A stretch of DNA of 64,000 bases from Alkalibacterium sp. Its GTDB lineage: Bacteria; Bacillota; Bacilli; Lactobacillales; Carnobacteriaceae_A. Made by a program: the position numbers and the translations under genes. The stretch is from the NCBI GenBank assembly GCA_034520745.1, contig JAXHNF010000009.1:15587-79586 (forward strand), written 5' to 3'. Positions within the stretch are counted from its first letter, which is position 1; every line of letters starts with the position of its first letter. The notes under the pieces are model-generated. The model had not been told where the DNA came from, searched no databases, and was given only the letters and a program-made list of their open reading frames with translations. Of this stretch, positions 56,915 through 64,000 are shown piece by piece.

Positions 56915-57134
56915 TCAGTCACCTCATTTCTCCTTGAATTTTTATGTATGATCGGTTTCAGGTATACCTTCTGTATCATAACGCATGACAGCCATTTCGT
57001 CCATTTTATCATAACAGGCCATCTTAAAGATTCGATAAAGATTATTTCCTGCATTTTAAGGAGAGTGTTGTGAAAGCGGATAAAGATTTGGTAAACTGTA
57101 TAGGATATCGACGATGAAGAGTGGAGGAAACCGT

Positions 57135-58058
57135 ATGAAAGAATCAGATTCCTTTTATATAATCAATCGGGAAGAATGGAAAGAATTAAATAAGAATAAA
57201 AAAATGATGCTGACAGATCATGAAGTCGAATCACTGCGCTCGCTGAATGATAACGTTTCGGTGATGGACGTGAAAGAAATTTATCTGCCGACTCTGGAAA
57301 TCCTGGATAGGTATATCAGGCATTACCGTGAACGACAAAATGATATAAAGCGTTTCCTCGGGAGGAGTCATAAAAAAGATACTTACATCATCGGCATAGC
57401 TGGAAGCGTGGCGGTAGGGAAGAGTACTCTGGCCCGTTTTCTGCAGGCGATGATGACTCGCGCCTACCCGGATCAGAAGGTCAGCCTTATAACGACGGAC
57501 GGTTTTCTTTATCCGAATGAAGTCTTGAAGGAGCGCGGCATCCTCAACCGCAAAGGTTTCCCGGAAAGTTACGACATGCATCGACTGATCAGTTTCATGG
57601 GAGATGTCAAAAGCGGACGAAGAAATATTGAAGTGCCGCTTTATTCACACCGGCTATATAATATCGTCCCGGATAAATACGAAGTGATCGATCAGCCGGA
57701 CATTTTGATCGTTGAAGGGATCAACGTTCTCCAGCTGCCGGCCAATGAGAAGATCTTTGTCAGTGACTTCTTTGATTTCAGCTTCTATGTGGACGCTGAA
57801 CCACGCAAGATCGAAAACTGGTATCTTGAGCGGTTTGGTCTGCTTTTAAATACGGCCTTTACGGATCCTTCCAATTATTATTACCCCTACGCCGTCGGAG
57901 ACAGGAAAGAGGCATTTGAAATGGCAAGGAATGTCTGGAAAACAGTTAATTTGAAGAATTTGGAAGAATATATTCTACCTACCCGTTTCAGAGCTGACAT
58001 GATCCTGCATAAGACAACGGACCATTATATCGATCAGCTGCTGCTGAAAAAACATTAA
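57135..58058 (+). CDS. coaA: Type I pantothenate kinase
   Basis: GSVAVGKST, TTDGFLY, KGFPESYD, EGINVLQ, ILPTR.RA. Confidence 0.95.
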   Translation: MKESDSFYIINREEWKELNKNKKMMLTDHEVESLRSLNDNVSVMDVKEIYLPTLEILDRYIRHYRERQNDIKRFLGRSHKKDTYIIGIAGSVAVGKSTLARFLQAMMTRAYPDQKVSLITTDGFLYPNEVLKERGILNRKGFPESYDMHRLISFMGDVKSGRRNIEVPLYSHRLYNIVPDKYEVIDQPDILIVEGINVLQLPANEKIFVSDFFDFSFYVDAEPRKIENWYLERFGLLLNTAFTDPSNYYYPYAVGDRKEAFEMARNVWKTVNLKNLEEYILPTRFRADMILHKTTDHYIDQLLLKKH

Positions 58059-58078
58059 ACTGAGATGAAGGTGACAAG

Positions 58079-58366
58079 ATGAAAACAACTGTGACTGCTG
58101 TTATTTTAACATTGCTTCTTTTTCTGACCGGTTGTCAGACATCAGAGTCGTTTGAAGGGACGGTTATTCGGGTAAACGACTCAAGTGTCGTGGTCGAACC
58201 GTTTGAAGGCGAAGAAATCAGACGGTCGGGGACAGAGGTAAGTATCTCCGTTAAAGAAGATATGGAACTGGAAATCGGGGATAGAGTGAAAGTGACGCAT
58301 GAAGGGGAAGTGATGGAAAGTCATCCTCTGCAGATAAACCTGATCGAGATCGAAAAAATAGACTGA
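58079..58366 (+). CDS. Small lipoprotein, YobA/DUF3221-like
   Basis: LTG-C lipobox; GD.VKV...GEVMESHPLQI. Confidence 0.7.
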   Translation: MKTTVTAVILTLLLFLTGCQTSESFEGTVIRVNDSSVVVEPFEGEEIRRSGTEVSISVKEDMELEIGDRVKVTHEGEVMESHPLQINLIEIEKID

Positions 58367-58505
58367 ATGACAGATTCATCCGGCTGATACATTATGGATA
58401 AATATGACAATTCTGTGACTATCGTCTTTCAGGACGGAAAAGCTTCTGATACAGGATATCAAACACCAGCAAGCTGTATTATACTGAAGAAAAGGAGACG
58501 ATCGC

Positions 58506-59499
58506 ATGACGGAGACTGATCAGCAGAAAGAAATCGACCTGTTAAAAAATGAAATTGCCGCTTTGAAGCGTTTGAACAAAGAACTTCTTGACCTGCAGCA
58601 GCAGCAGGATTCGCTTGAATTTTCCTGGATAGGCAACCTGGGGCACTGGTTCTGGGATTTCAAAGAAAATAAAGTGATGTTCAACCCTGATGAAAGCAGA
58701 AGCGCTGGGTTTTCAGAAAGAAGAATTACCCGAGTATGTTGATTTTCAGTTCTTCACTGACCGGCTGCATCCGGATGACTACGAACGCGTGATGCAGGTG
58801 ATGCGGGATCATCTGGAGGGTAAGCTGCCGGTATGGGAAGTGAAGTACCGCATCAAAGCTAAAGACGGATCTTATAAAACTTATTATGATCGCGGAAAGG
58901 TCACGCAGAGAAGCGAAACGGGTGAACCTCTGTTTCTTTCCGGTATCGTTTTCGACATCACGGAATATGAGACCGAGCGACAGGAGCTGCTCAAGGAAAA
59001 CAAAGAGTGGGAACTGATTTCCAAACGCGACAAACTGACCGGCCTGCTGAACCGTTCAAATATCCTTGTCAGACTCGGCCAGATCATCTCGGATGTCAAC
59101 AAGGAAAAACGGGAAACCGTCTCGATGATCCTGTTCGATATTGATAATCTTGAACACCAGAATTCCCTGTTCGGTCCGTTGTTCGGTGACGAACTGATCA
59201 GGCAGGCGGGAAGGGTCATAGAAGAGACCGTCAAGCACGAACACTACGCAGGGAAATTCGAAGGCGGGAAATTTCTGATCGTTCTGCCGGAAGTCAATAA
59301 AGGCGAAGCGAAAAAAATTGCTGAACAGATCAGACTGGCGTTCCGCAGCAGCCAGTTCAGCCAGCCTGCAGATGTGACAAGCAGTCTGGGTGTCGCTGAA
59401 TATGAATCCAATGAAACAGTCAGTCAGTTATTCAACCGTGCCGACAGACTGCTGAGCAAAGTAAAACGTAACGGCAAGAACGATGTACTGTCCGATTAA
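58506..59499 (+). CDS. PAS + degenerate GGDEF domain protein, indel near 58685
   Basis: LHPDD PAS3; DKLTGLLNR, FDID, GDELI, SLGVA, RAD..L..VKRNGKN; signature reads KFEGGKF. Confidence 0.82.
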
Positions 59500-59568
59500 A
59501 ATGCGGACAGCACGAATAACCTGATTCAAGGATGAGATGTAATAGAAAGCAAGTAGAATGGATGGACA

Positions 59569-60310
59569 ATGATGGAGAGTAAAGTGACGATTCTAGGTAT
59601 TCCTTTCGATAATATGACGCGCAAAGAATTTCTGAAACGCTTGTACGAGCGTATGAACGCGAATCAGAAAACTTTTTTAGTGACCGCAAATCCTGAAATA
59701 GTGATGTATGCGAAAAACAATAAAGATTACTACGATCTGCTGATGCAGGCTGACTATATCGCTCCAGACGGCATCGGCATCGTGAAAGCTTCTCGAAAAT
59801 TAGGAACGCCGGTCAAAGAGCGTGTTCCCGGTTTTGAACTGATGCTGGGTCTTCTGGAAATCGCTGACCTGGAAAAGAAAAAAGTCTATTTTATCGGTGC
59901 CAAAGAAGAAATCATCGAACTTACAGTGAGAAATGTAAAAGAAAGATGGCCTGAACATAGATGTGGTCGGCTATCACCATGGTTACTTTGATCATGAAGA
60001 TCCAAAGATGCTCGCAGAGGTGAACAGTAAAGATCCCGATATCCTTTTTGTGGCATTCGGCTTCCCGAGACAGGAAAAATGGATCAGCCGCTATCTGAAC
60101 CAGGCTTCTCACGGCATAGCAGTCGGAGTGGGCGGCAGCTTTGATGTGCTTTCAGGCAGGACAAAGCGGGCTCCCAGGCTTGTGCAGTACTTTCACGTTG
60201 AATGGCTGTACCGTCTGATCAGACAGCCGTCAAGATACAAGCGTATGGCTGTCCTGCCTAAGTTCCTCCAGGAAGTGTATAAACAGAGAAAAAAGGAACA
60301 GGCATCATGA
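59569..60310 (+). CDS. WecB/TagA/CpsF family glycosyltransferase, indel near 59955
   Basis: VTANPE, PDGIG, ERVPG, GFPRQEKW, GVGGSFDV, EWLYRL. Confidence 0.9.
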
Positions 60311-61406
60311 GAGCAGCGCTAGTCAATGCGGGCAATGAATATGGCGGCGGACGGGAGCACATCATCTCTCTGATCAATGAACTTGGCCGTGATCAGGTCG
60401 ATCTGATCGTTTTTGAAGAAGGTCCGGTGGCAAAAGCGGCCCGTGAGGCCGGGATCAGTGTGCATGTTTTTCAGCAGAAGCACCGGTATGAAGTCAAAGT
60501 ATTGTACCGTCTGCATCCGGTTTATCCGAAAACAGAACTACGCAGTCATACACACACACGGGCCAAGGGCGAATACGCTGATCGCTCTTATAAGTCCATT
60601 CTTCCGCGCGAGCTGGATCATGACGGTGCACAGTGATCCTCGTCAGGATTTTTTAGACCGTGGACTGAAAGGGAAGGCTTTTGAAGCCGTGCATCATATG
60701 ACCTTTAAAAGAGCTGACGGCATCATAGCTGTTTCGAGTGAAATCGCAAACTATCTCAGATCAGAAGGAGTCCCTGAGGGGCACATCAAAGTGATACATA
60801 ACGGCATCAGATTTTCTGAACAGAGTCAAGCGAAGATAAAAAGACAGTCCATTTACCTTTACTCTGATAACTGCCGGAAGGCTGACTGAAGTTAAAGGCA
60901 ACGTCATCTTACTGCGTGCCTTAAGTAAAGCCGGTTTCAAAGACTGGCGCTGGATCATCTGCGGTGAGGGTGAAGGTCTTGATGAGCTGAGGCAGTTAGC
61001 GTCAGTGAACAAGCTGACTGATCATCTGTTTTTTAAAGGCTGGCTCACATCCTCTGAACTGAGAAGCGAACTGTGTCAGGCGGATGTTTTTGTCCTGCCG
61101 TCTTTAAGCGAAGGTTTCCCGTTGGTCCTGCTAGAGGCAGCTGATCAGAAAGTACCCGTGATTGCAACGGACGTTGGGGATGTTAAAGAAGTGATCACAG
61201 ATCAGCGTATGGGATGGCTGATTCCATCAGACAATGAAGAAGCATTGACTGAGGCACTGAACGAAGCCCATGAACTTTGGGAAAACCATCAGCTGGCTGA
61301 GATGGGTGAACAATTGAAGCGATGGGCAACGCGTTTTTCAATCGAAAAACAGACAGAGAGCGTTCAGAAATTCTATACAGAGACAAGAGCAGAAAACCGG
61401 AGGTAG
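60307..61406 (+). CDS. Glycosyltransferase family 4 (indels)
   Basis: EYGGG, HTHG.RAN, IHNGI, PSLSEGFPLVLLEA, ATDVG. Confidence 0.85.
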
Positions 61407-61543
61407 TGAAAGTTTCTATTTCCGGTTTTTTGTTTTTTTGTTTAAGTAACGCGCTTTCAAAAAACTGAGATCAGCGCAGGAACGGGTTAGAATATGGTAT
61501 ACTTCAATACAGAGAGACTTTATAAAGTCGAGGAGGAAAAAAG

Positions 61544-63039
61544 ATGTTACAAACCTATGCCGATGACAGCATGGCATTGCATACAGATTTTTACGAACTG
61601 AATATGATCTACACATACTGGAAAAAAGGAAACCATTTAAATAAAACTGTTTTTGAAGTCTATTACCGTGACAATCCTTTTGGGATAGGGTATACGATTT
61701 TTGCCGGACTGGAAAGAGTCGTCGATTTCATCACGAATCTGAAATTCAGCGAATCGGATATCAGCTACTTACGAGAAATCAAAGAATTTCCTGAGGATTT
61801 TCTGACTTATTTGGAAAACTGGTCATTTAAAGGTACGCTTCGTGCATTCAAAGAAGGCGAGGTGGCTTTTGCCAATGAGCCGTTGATCCAGGTGGAAGGG
61901 CCGATCGCTGACTGTCAGCTGATCGAAACCGCGCTGCTCAATATCGTCAATTTCCAGACGCTGATCGCTACGAAAGCTTCTCAGGTAAAAAGTGCTGCCG
62001 GCGACGATCCGGTGCTGGAGTTCGGCGCCAGACGTGCTCAGGAATTCGATGCGGCGATATGGGGAGCACGTGCTACATATATCGGCGGGTGTGATGCAAC
62101 AAGCAATACACGAGCAGGGAAAGTTTTTGGCATACCCGCTTCAGGAACACATGCTCATGCGCTTGGTTCAGGCCTACAGAGATGAATATCAGGCCTTCAG
62201 AGCCTATGCAGAGACGCATAAAGACTGTGTGTTTCTGGTCGATACGTATCATACACTGGATTCAGGCGTACCGAATGCCATACGAGTGGCAAATGAAATG
62301 GGCGATAAGATCAACTTTCTTGGCGTACGCCTTGATTCCGGAGATTTGTCTTATCTTTCCAAAAGGGTGAGACAGCAGTTAGATGAAGCAGGCTATCCTG
62401 ATGCGAAAATATATGTATCCAATGATCTGAACGCCGAGACTATACTGAATCTGAAAATGCAGGGGGCTAAAATCGATGTCTGGGGTGTGGGGACCAAAAT
62501 GATCACAGCCTTTGACCAGCCGGCATTGGGAGCCGTATACAAGATCGTCTCGGTCGAAGGTGAAGACGAACAGATGTATCCTACACTGAAACTGACGGCC
62601 AATGCCTCCAAGATCTCGACTCCCGGGAAAAAGCAGGTCTGGCGGATTCGTTCGCACAACAATGTGAAACCTGAAGGGGACTATATTGCACTTGCAGAGG
62701 AAAGACCGGACCTGCAGGATGAACTTTTCATGTTCCATCCGCAGTACACCTATATAAACAAAACACTGGATGATTTTGAAGCCCGTCCACTGCTGGAGGA
62801 AATCATTGTTGACGGTGAACTGGTCTATGAGATGCCGTCACTTGAAGAAATCAAAAACATATGCGAAAGAGAGTCTCTCAGAGCAGTGGGAAGAGCACAA
62901 GCGCCTGCTGAACCCTGAGCCTTACCCAGTGGATCTGTCTCAAAAACTGTATGACTCAAAGGTGGAAACGATCAATCAGTTCAGAGAAATCGCCAAAGAC
63001 AGACCATCCAATCAATCCATATTTCTAAAGCAAGTGTAA
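61544..63039 (+). CDS. pncB: Nicotinate phosphoribosyltransferase (two indels)
   Basis: LHTDFYELNM, EFGARRAQ, GTHAH, LVDTY, VRLDSGDL, PALGAVYK, PGKKQV. Confidence 0.95.
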
Positions 63040-63070
63040 ACAAAGCATTTTAAAGGAGAGTAGATAGGAA

Positions 63071-63902
63071 ATGATGTCTGATTTACAGAAAAAAATAGTT
63101 GAAGAAATGAAAGTCTCGCCATCTATCGACCCCGATGAAGAAATCCGCCGATCGGTCGATTTCATGAAAGCCTATATGATCCAGACATTCGTTTTTAAAA
63201 ACGCTGGTTTTGGGCATTTCAGGCGGACAGGATTCGACGCTGCTGGGCAAGCTGGCCCAAATGGCAGTCGAGGAACTTCGGGAAGAAACCGGAAAAGAGG
63301 ACTATCTGTTCATCGCAGTCAGACTACCTTATGGCATTCAGGCAGATGAAGCAGATGCGATGGATGCGATCGAATGGATCCAGCCGGATAAAGTGATGCG
63401 GGTAGATATCAAGCCATCAGTCGATGCAACAGAGAAAAGCGTCGAAGCCAACCTGCTGACGCTCAGTGACTTCAACAAAGGGAATATCAAAGCCCGTGAG
63501 CGGATGGCTATTCAATATGCCATAGCCGGTGATACGAACGGTGTGGTTTTGGGAACTGATCATTCAGCAGAAGCCGTGACAGGTTTCTACACCAAATACG
63601 GGGACGGCGGCACGGATATCAACCCTCTGTTCCGATTGAATAAAAGGCAGGGGAAGAAACTGCTTGACGTCCTGGGAGCTCCTGAGCATCTGGTCGGAAA
63701 AATCCCGACTGCCGATCTGGAAAGTGATAAGCCGGGAATAGCTGACGAAGTTGCCCTGGGCGTTACTTATGAGGAAATCGATGATTATCTTGAAGGTAAG
63801 CCAATAGCAGAAGAATCTGCTGAGACAATTGAAAAATGGTACCTCCAGACACAGCACAAAAGGCACTTGCCGGTTACTGTTTTCGATGATTTCTGGAAAT
63901 AA
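63071..63902 (+). CDS. nadE: NH3-dependent NAD+ synthetase, indel near 63180
   Basis: [45 protein letters not shown]. Confidence 0.95.
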
Positions 63903-64000
63903 CAGTCTTATCTCTGCACTTTAATAAGTGTAGAGATATTTCACGTTTAGCCAGAAAATAATATATATACAAGAAAATAAGGAGGACTATCCATGTCGAA

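Noticed and set aside
58394-58519. 41-codon ORF (MDKYDNSVTIVFQDGK...) between the lipoprotein and GGDEF genes
   Set aside because: No RBS, overlaps the GGDEF promoter/RBS region, and no recognisable motif.

Overview
Chromosomal housekeeping region of a low-GC Gram-positive bacterium. Gene order (tsaB-rimI-rimI-tsaD, ABC-F/rex/ydiK/ydiL/groESL, mevalonate operon, pncB-nadE) and the acidic proteins suggest Lactobacillales, possibly Carnobacteriaceae such as Alkalibacterium; this is inference. Many genes, including essential ones (tsaD, murB, mvaD, nadE), are split by single-base indels, the signature of an under-polished long-read assembly, so I call them intact genes. Indels are densest at about 30.6-34.7 kb (sucrose locus). 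I found no transposase, phage, cas, rRNA or tRNA genes. Regulatory elements readable from the sequence are a perfect CIRCE before groES, a yybP-ykoY (Mn2+) riboswitch before a P-type ATPase, cre and ScrR-type sites, and many intrinsic terminators. The most unusual observations: (1) a 7 x 52-bp palindromic tandem array, plus older ~50-55-bp hairpin arrays of unrelated sequence in other intergenic gaps; (2) a two-domain PPK2 next to a divergent, C-domain-less pyruvate-kinase-like gene with a cre site near +1; (3) twin tiny, extremely acidic lipoproteins, one absent from the ORF track; (4) a LysM-3D wall enzyme with a ~175-aa 14-residue-repeat stalk; (5) a degenerate PAS-GGDEF gene upstream of tagA-like and GT4 glycosyltransferases.
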